64,000 nucleotides of DNA, taken from positions 7,068,001 through 7,132,000 of the forward strand of contig NC_135664.1 of the NCBI RefSeq assembly GCF_964188315.1, given 5' to 3'. Source of the stretch: Podarcis muralis. Taxonomy: Eukaryota. Made by a program: the position numbers and the translations under genes. Shown here in pieces: positions 37,901 through 52,854 of the stretch; position 1 is the first letter of the stretch, and each line of letters starts with the position of its first letter. The notes below the pieces were generated by a model. That model saw only the letters and a list, made by a program, of their open reading frames with translations. It had not been told where the DNA came from and did not search any database.

Positions 37901-40030
37901 TTGGAAATGTAATCCAGTCAAATAACCACTGTGGAAGAAAAATTATAGGCAGAGGTGCTTCGTGTTCATTGCCAGCATGAAAATCCAACATTATTTGGCG
38001 AGCATAAAAGAGTGAACAGCTGAGAAGGCCTGGTTTCGTATCTAACAAACAAATACAGATAAACAAATTTGGGTATGCATTGATTAAAATACAGAGAATG
38101 TGGCTTAAGCTCCCGGCTTGTTCACATCTAGTAACCATGGTTTCCTAGTTTTGACCTAACTAGAAACTATGATTAATGGAAGATTTGTTGTCTTATTACA
38201 GTGTATGAAGGGGCAGCACGAAGACTGAGCATGGGCAAAGCTATCCAAACCAGACCTAAGTCACCACATAAACTTTGCAAGGGGCTTCCAGAGAAGGAAA
38301 TCAAACAATTGTTGGTGCTAGCTGTAGTTTGATGTTATATCTCAAAGCACAAACCACAGTTACTGCTGTTGGTCTGTTACGAAAGATGGTACTATAGAGA
38401 TAAGACTTGCTCATTCTCAAGAGACAGGAGTGGGTTTATGAAGCTGGGTGCTGAACAGATGGAAAAACAAATCGAGGCAAGCAGCTCTAAACCATGGCTT
38501 GGGATGAAATCTGCATATAGCCACGGTTAAATACTGATACAACAAAAGTATAGACATGAACCAGAGTTGATATCACAAAACTCCTATGCTCTAGATTTTA
38601 CATTCTGTTATGTTCACACATAGTTTTAGTTCTTTAATATATCATTCCTTTATCTGCCACATTTGAATCCTGGGAAAACAAATAAATACATCACAGATTA
38701 TTGTTTTTTTCAAAAAGATAAAAGAGAAGAGGGAGCTGGCTGACTGACAGGAGAGCTATACATAACTTAAGTGAAGAATGGCATTGGGAGACCTATAAAT
38801 AAGTTACAGAGTTACAAGCACAGAGCAACTGTCTGATATTCTGTAATAAAATACAAACAACAGAAAAGTTGTGTGGTCATTTAAGGCAGGTATCTCCAAC
38901 GTTTTCAGACCCAGAACTCACTTTTAACCCAAACATACATTTGGGGACTCATTTCTTAATCATTTACTATATATTTGCACAGTGGCAGGGCTCTTGTTGC
39001 AACCAATTTGGATCAGGCCACAACACTTTGAATCAGATTGAGACCCACCAATTGAAGACCAATAATTTAAGGCAAATCACTGTCACAAGATCTCTTATGG
39101 AGCAGCCCACAAACCCCAGAACAGACATGAAACAGGCAGAAAGCAGAAGCAAATCAGATGTACTGTACTAAAATTGCCTAAAGAGCACGTAACTCCGTTT
39201 GATGAAAGGAAGTGAATGAAAGCATATGCCACAGGGGAAGACATAGGCTGAACACCATTGGGAACAATATGGTACCAGCATGAAATAACAGTTGATTCAA
39301 CCTGAAGTTTTAAAATTTCTTAGGTGTATCTCTGTCATATTATGCACTTGTCTAATTCCAAAGGTTAAAAACATCTTTTTAGACTTAATTACAACATGAT
39401 TCTGAGCCCCCAAGACATACTGAAACATACTCTACTGTGAATATCACGTCTTCAATGTTTTCAGTCATTCTACACTATCTTAAAACTCTCAATTGTTTGC
39501 AGTGTCATCTATGTTCAGCTTTTATTGCTCTTTAAAAAGCAGTGCAAAATTAGTCTTTTGGCTGCATGTGTACAAAACCCACTGCTGCTGGTACTTAAGT
39601 TCATACAGATGTTAAAACCACTAATATGTAGCAAAAAGCACTTTGAAAACCAGATGTCATTTTGAAAACACATTTCAGACAGAATGTGCAGAAGTAGCCT
39701 CTTGGAATTAAATTCAATGATGCTTGCACAAATTATGTTGGCATAAAAATCCACTTATGTAGTGAGCAGCAAAGCTAACTTATGCTGGGGAGGGGGTGGT
39801 ACTGACTGTTTCTCTAAAAACAAAAATATGTTTTTAAAATATATATTTTTTTCTCACAATCACTGGCGAGGCATCCTACGGATTAAGAAATATGGAACAG
39901 ATATGAAAATACCTTATATAAAAGCCTAAGATCTGTCAGTAAAGCAACACTTAAAAGATTACTTGGAATCTTGAGTTCTTAGTAATTCAAACCCCTGAAT
40001 ACTTAAATACAAGGCTGCAATCCTATACCT

Positions 40031-40247
40031 CAGAAATGTCCAACAGGTTGATCACGATCTACCGGTTGATTGCGGTAGCAAGTTATTGATTGCCTTTGTG
40101 TGTAACCCCCCCAAAAAAGCTCAACAACTTTGGTCAACCCTCCCCTAAAAAATGCTCAACAATTCCTGGCAATGACAATGGGTAGATCACAGCCGATCTT
40201 TTTATACTGTGAGTAGATCACAGTATCTTGGGAGTTGGACATGCCTG
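40031..40247. mobile_element. Non-autonomous hAT element
   Basis: CAGAAATGTCCAAC / GTTGGACATGCCTG ends and perfect TSD CTATACCT. Confidence 0.8.
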
Positions 40248-40635
40248 CTATACCTAAATTCTATCTGAGAATAAGCTCTGTTGAAAATGCTTCCTTCTGA
40301 GCAGACATATGTAGAATTGCACTGATAAATCTGATAACACACACAACTTTAATGAGGACTGCAAAATATTCTGTCAAGTGCAAGGTGTGTCACAGAGGGT
40401 GTGTGGGTACTGGAAAGGGGTAAACTCCCCTTCCCTTGGAGGTACCTCCCCATTTCCAGTTGATGGCATCTAAGCCATGTGGCAGCTGTGGAACAAATAA
40501 CTGCAAAGGAAGGAAACATCTCAATGCAATGTAGATTCCTCTCTGCTTAGAGGTGCATGCGAGGAGGCAAGAGGAGAGGAAAGAAAGTATGTCATTTAAT
40601 ACACAGCACCAGAGTACAGGAAAGTACCTCTACCC

Positions 40636-40772
40636 CAGCCTTTCTCAACCTGCGGGTCCCAGATGTTGTTGAACTACAAGTCCCATCACCCCTAGCTAGC
40701 AAGGCCAGAGCTCAGGGATGATGAGAGTTGTAGTCCAACAACATCTGGGGACCCACAGGTTGAGAACCGCTG
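40636..40772. mobile_element. Palindromic hAT MITE (related family)
   Basis: CAGCCTTTCTCAACC / GGTTGAGAACCGCTG ends and perfect TSD CTCTACCC. Confidence 0.85.
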
Positions 40773-42290
40773 CTCTACCCAGACCTTGAAATTCAGGCTT
40801 AGCTACTTGAAATTAAATAGAATAAAAAAGTTGTGTACGTGCCATCAATCTGTCCACTATGACTCTAGAAATAATTTGGCCATAACAGCGATATAAGATG
40901 CTCTGAAAATCCGACAGTAATATGCCCTACTCTAGTCTTCTGACAACACACTGTCAAAGGGCAAGTCATGACAAAAAACAAAAACCAAAAGCAACTATCT
41001 GAAGCTTCAAGCACCATACAGAGACAGAACTTGGGAACCCATGAAGATTGTTTCAGGTAATTTGTTATTCTCACATAGGCATACAAAACGGGGGGGGGGG
41101 GGGATGCACACCACACTTTCCAGTAATTGTATTATTCATTAAAAAGTGTGGTAAACAATATTCATCCCATTACTAGCCAAGAGGTGGGCTTAAGAACTGG
41201 ACTGAAAGCACGCTGAGTTCTCAGTATAAAATAGGCTTCAAATGAAAATGGCTGCTTTTTATGAGACCAACAGAGGTCATACCTCACCCACAATGTACAA
41301 AGGATATTTCATTTACTGGTTCAGGGTCAAAGATGCCAGATTGATTCAATCTTGATTAAAGTTTAATCAAACCTCCACTAGTGTTTTGCCTGATTTTTAT
41401 GAATTACTAATTTGTAAAGTTATCAATTGTCTTCCAGTATCCCCTTCTACTATTCTTCATTTTCTCTCTCTCTAAAGTATCACCATTATGAAAACAGGAC
41501 TAAACTTTGTCATTTTTAAAATCATAACTATTATCTCCTTTTTCACTTACTAATGAAACCTTTCCTTTCCACATTATATCTTCAGACACTGAAAATTGAG
41601 AGGAAAGCCCAATTTTCATAACATTTTCAGATAGTTAACATTAACTCATCCAGATTCATATTTTGCACCTGCTTATATATTCTCACTGATTCATATGAGG
41701 CTTATATATTTCTTTTAGATTTGTTGTTTAATATTTATTTTATTCATCTTCTGCTCTTATGTACGGTTCCCAGTGGTCTCACATCCAGATTACTGATCCA
41801 CATCTCTTAGCTTTAGTAATGTTAATGCTTAACTGTTTCTAGAATCCAGTTACTGGGACTTATACATTTTTTCTGTGCCAATGTCTTTAACGCTACAGAA
41901 CTTGATGTCTAGATACCTTAGTGCAGGTGTGGGAAACCGTGGCCCTGCAGATGTTGCTTAGACTAAACCTCCCACCATCCCTGACTGTGAAATGAGGCTG
42001 ATGGAAGTTAGAAGCCCAACATCTGAGGGGCTATATAGGCTCCCCAATCCACCTGTCATTCACCAAAAAACAGGCAACTTACACATGCAAGCCTATGTAC
42101 CTGTCACTATGCAGTTTTGAATGAGAATGCATGACAGCATGATAACATATTGGCTTTAATGAGACAGTATGTATATCAAGGTGGTATTGGGATTCCACTA
42201 TTTATGGAGGCTGGAAAAAGCAACCACTGTTGTGGAAATGGCCGTTGGATTTGAATGGCTTCTGCACACTAGGGTGACACATTTTGGCAT

Positions 42291-42420
42291 AGTTACAGAT
42301 AGGTAGCCGTGTTGGTCTGCCATAGTCAAAACAAAAAAATTCCTTCCAGTAGCACCTTAAAGACCAACTAAGTTAGTTCTTGGTATGAGCTTTCGTGTGC
42401 ATGCACACTTCTTCAGATAC
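42291..42420 (-). mobile_element. 130-bp PLE-derived element with a minimal hammerhead motif at its 5' end (42381-42420)
   Basis: 14-bp TSD ACACATTTTGGCAT (42277-42290 and 42421-42434). The minus strand reads GTAT-CTGAAGA-AGTGTGCATGCACAC-GAAAGCTC-ATAC. Confidence 0.82.
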
Positions 42421-43671
42421 ACACATTTTGGCATGTTTAGCTTCCAATATGGAAGGACGAGAATAGCTACATATCCCTCTTTGATTCAAATATTAGATGT
42501 AACATGCCATCATGAATAGCTATACATGTTTAAACTTTAGAGTTTTACTCTTAAGTGGAGCAGAATGCTTTTAAGTTCAATTTCAGGCCATGGTTTATTT
42601 TAGAATTTTCACCTAGCCTCTAACTGAACCCAATGATGCATCCCCTAGTAATTATACCACATACATTCTTTAAAGCACGGACATATTGACATCATTAGAA
42701 GACTATAGAAAACTGGATATGCTTCTCAATATTAGGTCTGCACACTTCTAAACAAAATTACATTTGTGCAAAATTATGCTTAGCGTATACAGCTTTCATT
42801 TTCTAAATGGTGTTAGAAGCATGTGTTAATTGCTGTCTATTTTAAATGTATGATAATTAAATGTTGAAAGGGTATTGATCCAATCTGGCACAGGGAAGCA
42901 AGATATTAACAAGGCCTAATTACCCAATACCACCCACACACCAACAAGAGATGGCTGCTTATGTGTTTTGAAATATAGATTTTAAAAATGCTGTATCACA
43001 GGAAGACACACACACACCGTGTGGGAGCTTTGTTTAAAATGTGACACTTCAACATAGAAAGAACTACCATGTGCTATTTCCTCTCTCAATATTTCCAAAA
43101 CAAATTAAAAATAGGAAAAATGCTTTTGATCATACAGCATCCCTAATGTTTTCCTATGGATCAGCATACACTGATTACGTGTACATATACATTACATTAT
43201 GTGCACATAAGTTAGTTATGTATGTATGACTATCCAAAAAAGAAACAAAGAGGAAGAAATTTAGAACCAATGTGATCCAGACAGACAACTGGAGAATTAA
43301 ATTGCTGGTTGAAGTGCAGCTTAGCCAAAGATTGCCTGGGTTGGTCAACTGCAGGTCAGACTGCAAAATGGCAATGATCCACCCAGTTCTTAAGTAAAAT
43401 CATATTTTAAAAGATGCTGTTTACATGCATGGAAAACAGAAGAGAAACTGAAGGAGAAAACATTTTTCCTAGAGTTGTTTTTTTTAAAGGAGGCACCCAC
43501 CAAAGTTCATTTGCTTATGGCATTCGTTAAGACCTCCCAAATCCTAGAAGAAGCTTTATATCAAACCATTACAAAACCATCAGAATTTCCAATATGACTT
43601 GTTAAAGTGAACGTTTCTATGGAGATAGGCAGAGCTGTAGAAGCCAGAGACACCTAATTAAACTAAATTCC

Positions 43672-43677
43672 AAATAA

Positions 43678-43725
<48 letters not shown>

Positions 43726-44012
43726 TTATTTGTACCCCGCCCATCTGGGCGGCTTCCACAAATACCAAAAATACACTAATATGTCATACATTAAAAACTT
43801 CCCTGAACAGGGCTGCCTTAAGATGTCTTCTGAATGTCAGGTAGTTGTTTATCTCTTTGACATCTGATGGGAGGGCGTTCCACAGGGCGGGCGCCACTAC
43901 CAAGAAGGCCCTCTGCCTGGTTCCCTGTAGCTTTGCTTCTCACAATGAGGGAACCGCCAGAAGGCCCTCGGCGCTGGACCTCAGCGTCCGGGCAGAACGA
44001 TGGGGGTGGAGA
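43672..44012 (-). mobile_element. L2 LINE 3' fragment (same family as 7327)
   Basis: High similarity to the reverse complement of 7345-7660, with a trinucleotide tail. Confidence 0.85.
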
Positions 44013-44345
44013 TAGTTAGCATGTTGCATCCAAAACATCAGGAGTCCTGTAGGAACCTAACATTTTGACATATGACTTATCATAGGTTACATATTATGAG
44101 AATTAAGGTCCAATTCTGGACAACTCTCACTGAAATGTGTGTAGGTAGCATGCAGCAGTAGTTCATGGTGCATTAGTCTCCTAAAGTTACCTGGCTTCAT
44201 CCACAAAGAGCTCCAAGACAAGGATTACTGTGTGTACTTCCCTAGTGTGGGAACCTACACCCCTACTGTGTCTGGTCTATTCCATCTCCTAGCACAGCTT
44301 ACCCTTCATGCTTAATGTATACAGCTTTCATTACTTTATAATGCA

Positions 44346-44538
44346 TAATAATAATAATAATAATTTATACCCCGCCCATCTGGCTGAGTTTCCCCAGCCA
44401 CTCTGGGCGGCTCTCAATCGAGTATTAAAAACAATACAGCATTAAATATTAAAAACTTCCTTAAACAGGGCTGCCTTCAGATGTCTTTTAAAAATAGGAT
44501 AGTTGCTTATTTCCTTGACATCTGATGGGAGGGCGTTC
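44346..44538 (-). mobile_element. L2 LINE 3' fragment (shorter)
   Basis: Same 3' end as the copy at 43672. Confidence 0.82.
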
Positions 44539-47423
44539 AAAACGAACAAAAACTTTTTACCTCTTCATTTTACTCCCGTGTATAGGAAGAAAAGCACTCC
44601 AGCCAAACTTACAGAGTGTTTTAAATATGCTGGCAAGGACTATTCTTCATCAGCAACCACCACAAAATTGTTTGGCCCTGAAACACACACAAGGCAAGAG
44701 CAAATAAATGCTTTAAGGCCTGGAACTTGGTTGGGACTCTGAACTAAGATTTTGTGTCTCACTTGCCAATCTGGGCATGAAATTCCCTTTCAAGGGAGTC
44801 TCCTGGGTGCAAAGAGATATACTTGGGCATAATTCTCATTAAATAATTATTTTTTATCAGAGAGAAGCAGAAAGACATTGTGTAAAGTAGATTCACCAAA
44901 ATGAAATTCAGATTATGACAGAAGCCGGACAACCAAGAAAATGCTGGAAGATGCAAGTTCTGTCAAGGCCAAATGGCCACAAGCCTGAGCCTATGTATTT
45001 TATTGAAGTCTGTGCCATCCTAAACCCTAGGGAAGTGATACCTGCATGTGGTGTTTTTCCTTATAACTGGAAAAAACGGACTTGGTGAGCCAACCTTGTT
45101 ACAATCAGCACAAGCAAGGGGTATAGGAACCAGACCTTTCTTAAAGTGCACATGTATTCTGCAGGGGGTTCACATTAATAGCAACCACTTCTAAAGTAAT
45201 AACCACCTTCCGTGATGTAAAGCTCTTGGTCCCGCTTGTACTAATTAGCCATGAAATATTAATAGCAGTTTAACCTCCTCATCTCCTTAAATACACAAAC
45301 ACAGCACATAATTGGAAGACAATTGAGAATAGCCTCTCAAATGAAAGCCTGTTGAAAAGCAATCTACTTGCTATCAGTTGTCCACCATTCCATTTTATTT
45401 TATTGGCAAAAGCAGGTTATTACTATCACATAGAGGGATGAAACTCAACCCGCACTTCATTCAACAGTTGCTATTCTTCAGGTGCTACTTGGTTTGTTGG
45501 GATTCCATCTGTTTAGAACACATTCCCCTTCAAAAAAAATACTTTACAAATGCTCATCAAGTCTAGCATACATTACACCTTTGCATTTCTCCATCTTAAA
45601 TGTCAACAAATCAATAAACCTCTCCTAAAATTCTACCATAGGCATCCGTTTCCTGTATTTCTCAATTGACTTGATCTTCATATGCCATGCCCACTAACTT
45701 CTGCAAAGCACCATACAAACTGAGTTTGTGACTTTACCCCTTATTTCCAGACCAACCGTGCCTTACAAAGATGTCTGCAAGCATGACATTAACCCCACCA
45801 TGTGGAAATCCCTTGCAGATGACCATCGTATCTGGAGGCAGTCATTCATTCATTCAATTTCTATGCAGCTTTTCACTCACACGAGTCAGTTACCAGAGGA
45901 GGAATGACCGCTGGGAGGAGTGCAGAAAGAACAAACTTCATGGTATACCTGCATGAGCATAACAGGACACCTTTATCTGTCCTAGCTGTAACAAAACATG
46001 TCTCTCCTGTACTGGTCTCTCAACTACAACAGGCGCTGTAACTCTCCAACACTTCACCCCCGAAGCTGCAGTCGTCCACTCTCTTCACTGCACTGACATT
46101 CCAATTATGACTCAAATCCCCACATGCACAAGTGGGGGGGGGGGGGATTAAATGAGATAAGTACTTTGTTCATGTTCTCTTTCCTGAGCGCTTCTGTAGA
46201 ACATGTGAAATGGTTTATAATGGCTAGCAGAACAGAAATAGTAAAAAATGCAGCGTGGCCTTAGTAAAGTATGTCTTTCAGGAATATAGCCCTGAAACAC
46301 TTATTGCAAAGCTTTCTCCCTCCCCCCTGCTCAATCACAAGGTTGCTTGATGCTATTTTAATTTGCACTTCCGGATGTAGTAATGTGGTTATTTTCCCCA
46401 CCATGTAACTAAGGCAAAATTCATGCAAAGAATATAAAGTATGGAACAATAAAGTAGAAATACATATGAATATTCACTGAAACTTCAGTCTAGCAGTTTA
46501 TTATAGGCCTGGAATCCAGCTGTGCTTATATCTACTTATATACTTGCTGACTATAAAATAGTCAACATGTGGGCACATCTGAAAAGATTGTGTTGCAGAG
46601 CAGCAACCAATTCACATTTAAATCTTGAATGCTATATGGGACACATTCCCTGGCAGTCATTCTTCAGACACCTGTAAATGCTTTGTTTGTGCACAAGACA
46701 TGCAGAAAAACAAGAATTTGTTTAATTTGGATACTTCTGAGTTTTAAAGAGACACTCCAAAAAGCAATGAGTTTTTTTTCTGAAACTTCTAGTATTCTTT
46801 CCTTTTTATTATATTAACAATTATACTATTTAAAAAAACCAAGCAGAAAACTGCTATATTTATATAGCAAGTCTTTGCATATCACATTTTTTCTGAAGAA
46901 ACAAGAAAAGAACACTTATGGTGTTAAATCAATGCATTTATAAATATGTTTGGAGAATGATGAGTTATGTGGTTCTATTTAAGTTATTCAGACTGTGGGT
47001 AGTTAGTTCCCATTAAGAATGAAAATATACAGGTTGGGAGCGTACCTCTAGAAGCAACATTGTCACTTGAGGTCTGTGAAGGGGCACCTGTCTCAATATC
47101 TGTCATTTGTTATGAAGAAGAGATTTTAGGTACCCTCCAATTGTCGGACAAGTTGATTCACCTTTGGACTGTTGGATCTTATCATTCACTAGAAATGTGG
47201 TACTGAATATATGGAGGATATAGAAAGCTGCCTTATACCAGGTCAAAATATTTGTCCATGTAACCCAGTACTGTCTGCTTTGACTGGAAGCAATTCTCCA
47301 GAGTTTCAGGCAGAGATTTCTCCCTCCAACTGCTATCTGATCCTTTTAACTGGAAATGTCAGCGATTGAATCGGAGAACTTATGCATGCCACTAAGCTAC
47401 CATCCCTGGAACTAATATATACT

Positions 47424-47774
47424 GGACGCGGGTGGTGCTGTGGGTTAAACCACAGAGCTTAGGACTTGCCGATCAGAAGCTCGGCAGTTTGAATCCCTGC
47501 GACGGGGTGAGCTCCCGTTGCTCGGTCCCTGCTCCTGCCAACCTAGCAGTTTGAAAGCATGTCAAAGTGCAAGTAGATAAATAGGTACCACTCTGGCGGG
47601 AAGGTAAACGGTGTTTCCATGAGCTGCTCTGGTTCGCCAGAAGCGGCTTAGTCATGCTGGCCACATGACCCAGAAGCTGTATGCCGACTCCCTCGGCCAG
47701 TAAAGGGAGATGAGCACCGCAACCCCTGAGTCAGCCACAACTGGACCTAATGGTCAGGGATCACTTTACCTTTA
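47424..47774 (+). mobile_element. Sauria SINE (Squam1/POM-like)
   Basis: GGACGCGGGTGGTGCTGTGGGTTAAACC head and (ACCTTT)n tail. Confidence 0.85.
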
Positions 47775-50417
47775 TACTACAAAACACATAAAGATGAAGC
47801 TTCCAAGACTATCAAAGCAAACCCCACAAAAAAGCCTAGGTTATTGTAAAACAAACAATCACACAAATAAGAGGTTAGCTGTACACATACATTGAATCCC
47901 ATCCTGTTTACAATGCTACCAACAACAATAGTTAAAACCTTACTATCTTTGCTTTTAATATTTTTCTATAAATGGTAGCTTTCAGCACAGCACACACTTT
48001 CTGCACATTTCCCTCTCACTATTGAATTTACTTCCTCACTAGCAAAATTAAAGTCGGGGGGGGGGGGGGGAGGAACACATCTCTCAGTTTCCAACAATAA
48101 CCATCAAGGTTGACAGACGTCAGTTCTTCCTCATATAAGTCTTGAAAGTGAGCACTTCTGTGCAAGTACAGCAATTTCAGCAGTGGTTAGAGATCATTTT
48201 AATAAATCAGATGTTTAAAATTTGAATCGAGAGCTGTTTAACATATGCCCCTTTTTATTTATAATTATGTTACAGCAGATATAAATTCAAGAAAAGGCTA
48301 AACCTACACTTACGATCTCAAACTGAAATACAGGCCCTTTATCACACAAACTAAAGCCTGCCTTTTATGTAAACAGATATAGTCAAATATTTATTTGTTT
48401 CTTTGTTTATTTAGAGCATTTATATTCCAAACCTCTAGTCAAAGATACTTACAATATATAAAATCACAATTCCATGAAATCAGTGCAAAACCACAAAAGA
48501 GAAAGGGTCAGCAGCTAAAAAACTGATTTTTGAGTTGCATAAACATTGCATTTAGAGTTTAGTTTCTGACTCAGGCTCTGGTCACGACATCACAGAAGAC
48601 ACTGACCCCTGTTGTCTCAACACGGTCATTTCCTGGGCCATTATTTAGTACTGTTTATTATGTCTTCCAGTTACTTGATCTTTGCAGCATGTTCAAGCAA
48701 TCTAGTTTTCAATATTTATGACTATCAAAGATATTTACTTTTGCTATTGTGGAAAGACACTGTTCTGTCCAGTAACAAGCAGCCCTTTCCAAAACACTGT
48801 AGGCATCTCATCTTGCTTAGCGTCTCTCCATATGTAAGGGGGTCAAAACAAAAACAAATTTCACAATCACAACACACCTTTTCTCCAAACAAACATAATT
48901 CTGAAATTTGTGTGTGTGTGTGTCTCTCAGTCTCTCTCTCTCTCTCTCTCAATATATTTCTGATTTATCATGGGGCATGGTTAACAAGATTACCCTGCAC
49001 TACCTCTTATGCATTAGCAACACCAAATATCCATGTGAATTAGAGTGTATAATAGGTCGTTATGGAATTTATCTTACTGATTCTATGGTAAAACTTGGCT
49101 GGGAATGAGTATTTTATGGCATTTTAATACATTTTTATTGTGTTCTAGCCGATTTTTGCAGCTTAAAAACTAAATACTCTGTCTAATCTGTCTATTTTAA
49201 AGTCACATAAATTTTGTTAAACAAATACCACTCCTTAATGATTGCCAAATGCTGTGGTGGAGGGATATCAATAACACGTTTCTCAATATATTGGAAAGAG
49301 AAATGAAAGTGAGTAAGGGAAAAGGCAATTAATCATGGAATATTCTGTTTTTATTACAATTACTGTATCAAAGGCAAGATTTAAAGCAGAACAGAGGAAG
49401 TAAGGATCAAGGTTAATGCCTATTCTGAAGAGAATTTACATAAATTAGGCTGTGCTACTGAACTGAGAGGCTCATTTTGCCAATTTATTCTATGTGAGAT
49501 CACAGAAACCAGTGACAGAAAATTTATATTTACAACACCTTCCCTCTTCTCCCTCCAGACACATTCACAATATTCAAAGTTATGTTCTCCTTTGAGTCAG
49601 AATCATTTACTTGTTCCAAATGTGAAGTTCCTCAATTTTCTCCACCCCTTTGGATTTACAACCTCAAAATGTTTGTTGAGACAACCAAAAGTGCTTTTTA
49701 GTTGAACTAACAAAAAACAGGTCATTAAGCTTCGCAGGGAAGATGGAAGGCCACCATCGTTCTTCGTTTTTGTTTTAATCCCAATCTATCAACTGGAAGC
49801 ATAAGCACTCAGAGACCTATTAGACAGCTGAAGAGTTTTCATTAAAGACACCTGCCTTATTTATTCTGTATTAGGTGGCAGGACAAGATCACCAACAATG
49901 TAGCCGAAGAGCGCTAACCGTGTAAACACAGAGGCCGTCATAATCGACACTCAGCTGGGAAGGACACATTGTTCAGATGCATGACATCAGAACGGAGCAG
50001 GTGCTGAGCTGGCAGGTGGTAGAAAGCAGCAAGTAAGCGGCATAATACAAGCTATAAAAAGGACTTCAGTGAAGAGGTTTCTGTGGGATGCAAGAGGGAT
50101 ATTTTATATCAGGACACTCTTGTTTGTCAATGGACAAGAAGTGAAGCGCTTCAAAAAATGTAATCCCCCCAGCATTATCCATGGCTCTCATAAACCTCCC
50201 CTCTCTTTGTCATAACTGTTTCCACTGCCAAATTGTAGACTGCAAGGTACCATCAGCTCTGCTTAGTAGGAAAGTGTCCTATGCCCTGATAATGCTACTG
50301 GTCCCTCCTCCCACTTTGCAATGGGTGGGTGTACAAACGATGATCTGAGTCTTTCATTTTCATGGCTTCCCAGTCTCCATACAACCAATCCCCAAAACTG
50401 GCAGTGAAGATTGCACA

Positions 50418-50663
50418 TAGTCATACCTCGGGTTAAATATGCTTCAGGTTGAGCATTTTCAGGTTATGCTCTGCGGCGACCCGGAAGTAACGGAACGCGT
50501 TACTTCTGGGTTTCGCCACTCGCACATGCGCAGACACTCAAAATGACGTCACGCGCATGTGCAGAAGCGGCGAAACGCGACCCGCGCAGTCGCGTGTTAC
50601 GTTCTACTCAGGATGCGAACGGGGCTCTGGAACGGATTCCGTTCGCATTCAGAGGTACCACTG
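50418..50663. mobile_element. Tigger-like MITE with a CpG-rich interior
   Basis: Left end TAGTCATACCTCGGGTT, right end GAGGTACCACTG followed by TA. Confidence 0.72.
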
Positions 50664-51163
50664 TATACGCATTTGGGCAGGGTGACAGAGATAGAGGCCA
50701 AACAGAATACTAAATTTTAAGAACGTTAAAGAAAGGCAACAAAACCTTGCTGCATTTGGGTAGAATATGAGGTTTTAACTTATGCCCCAATTATTCCTAG
50801 CAGGTATTTGGTTTTGACACCAAGAACCTCAAAGACTGAGATTGAGTCCTAGTCTGGTGAGGAAATGAGACTGTGGTCACTCAGTTCTCAAATCTCCTCC
50901 AGGCACCAAAGGAAACGCTAAGCATTGTCCCTGCAACTGTCAAGTAATTTGAAGCATCTGGTTTGGATTAACCTGGTATAAATACTAAGAATCTGTATCT
51001 TCTCCACTTTCAATGGTCACAGATCAGTATCATCAGCCTTCTGCCTGAGATCTATTTGCTATATCCCAAAAATAATCCGAAGGATCCTGGGAGGAAATAA
51101 GCTAAAGATTTCTGCGATGATCTTGTGTTTCCCCCCCTGTTTTTTAGAATATTTTGTGTTGTA

Positions 51164-51511
51164 AGGTAAAGGGACCCCTGACCATTAGGTCCAGTCGGGG
51201 CCGACTCTGGGGTTGCGGCGCTCATCTTGCTTTACTGGCCAAGGAAGCCGGAGTACAGCTTCCGGGTCGTGTGGCCAGCATGACTAAGCTGCTTCTGGCG
51301 AACCAGAGCAGCGCACGGCAATGCCATTTAACTTCTCGCCAGAGCAGTACCTATTTATCTACTTGCACTTTTTGGTGTGCTTTCAAACTGCTAGGTTGGC
51401 AGGAGCAGGGACCAAGCAACGGGAGCTCACCCCGTTGCGGGGATTCGAACCGCCAACCTTCTGATCGGCAAGTCCTAGTCTCTATGGTTTAACCCACAGT
51501 GCCACCCGCAG
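51164..51511 (-). mobile_element. Sauria SINE
   Basis: Reverse complement of the 47424 family, with 9-bp TSD TGTGTTGTA. Confidence 0.87.
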
Positions 51512-52854
51512 TGTGTTGTACACTGCCTCAATATTTTACATGAGTGGTACATACTTTTAAAAACAGAATAAATAAAATTATTCCCCAGTCTCAAACTCAG
51601 TTATGCATTCCCATGATCTCAGCATTGAACTTACAATGCCCAACAAACAAGAAACTCAAGGTCCTCCACAATAATTCAAAGACCATTATAAGGCCAACTT
51701 TGACTACTTCTATTTTTTAGTGTGAAATTCAACAAGGAAAGAGTTTAAGTAATGACTCAAGCAAGTAATGAAGGACAGAGTTACTAAACCAAGAAATGAG
51801 CAAACCCATGTACCCTAGAGAAATATTTGCATGTGAAATAAATTGTTCCTAGGCCCAGAAATCACTATGTCTGGATCTAATTTATATTTCCCCCTGGACT
51901 GCCTCTCAGTCACATATCTCAGGTCAAGATACACAGTCTTAGATGACACTTAAAATAGTTTTACTAAGATAAAAAAGGTATAATCAAATTTGAACAGCAG
52001 ATACATAACTTATAAGGAATGCTCAGAGCAAAAACAATTTAAAGAGAAAAAATGTTCAATCAGATAATAATTGAAATAGTGTAACCTTTTAAAAGCATCA
52101 GTTATAGAGGTTACATATTATTTCCTAAGAGTTACAAAGAAAAAGATATAACCAAAATTAGGCTTCTCTAGGGTGTGAGAATGTCTACTTTTGCCATATA
52201 TTAAAAGCCTTTTTATTCCCATTAACCACAAAGTTATAATATATGTGGGTCTAATTATCCAAATGAGATTTAAGTGGTCATAATACAGATAATCATGTAG
52301 TTTCCAATTACTCTAAATCCATTAATTTCCTTATTTAGCAAAGCCACTGGCTTTGCAATTTCCATTTCAAAGGTCAAGCCTACCTGTCTTACAAAGGCTC
52401 AGGCCTTGTACTGTGCTGTTGCTGTGCTACTTATAAAATTTTCTCAAGTTACTCATCCCAATTTTTTTCTGCTTCAAATATCGTTAGCTGAACATGATAC
52501 ATAGGCCTTCCTTCATGCTGTAAATTTGACAAGGGTTAGAAGTCTGGAACACTTCTAAAATAATAGCTGCTTTGGCTTCGGTTCCAGAATGACTGCTACT
52601 GACCTTAATATTGGAATATTTGGATATATGCATATCATTCTCAAGCATAAACTCGCCACTCTATACTTGCAGGCTCCTTCAGTATCAGATCCCTCAGAAA
52701 TACTCTCTCCCTGAAATAAATGTGATTTTTTTGCTGACATATGCTATAGTTTTATCAATACAGTGCACACAAGTCCTAAAAATGAATTTAAAAAAGAGAG
52801 AAGACTGCCATGTAGGCAATAGCATGAAACCAGCAGGTTTGCTGAAAATTAAAA

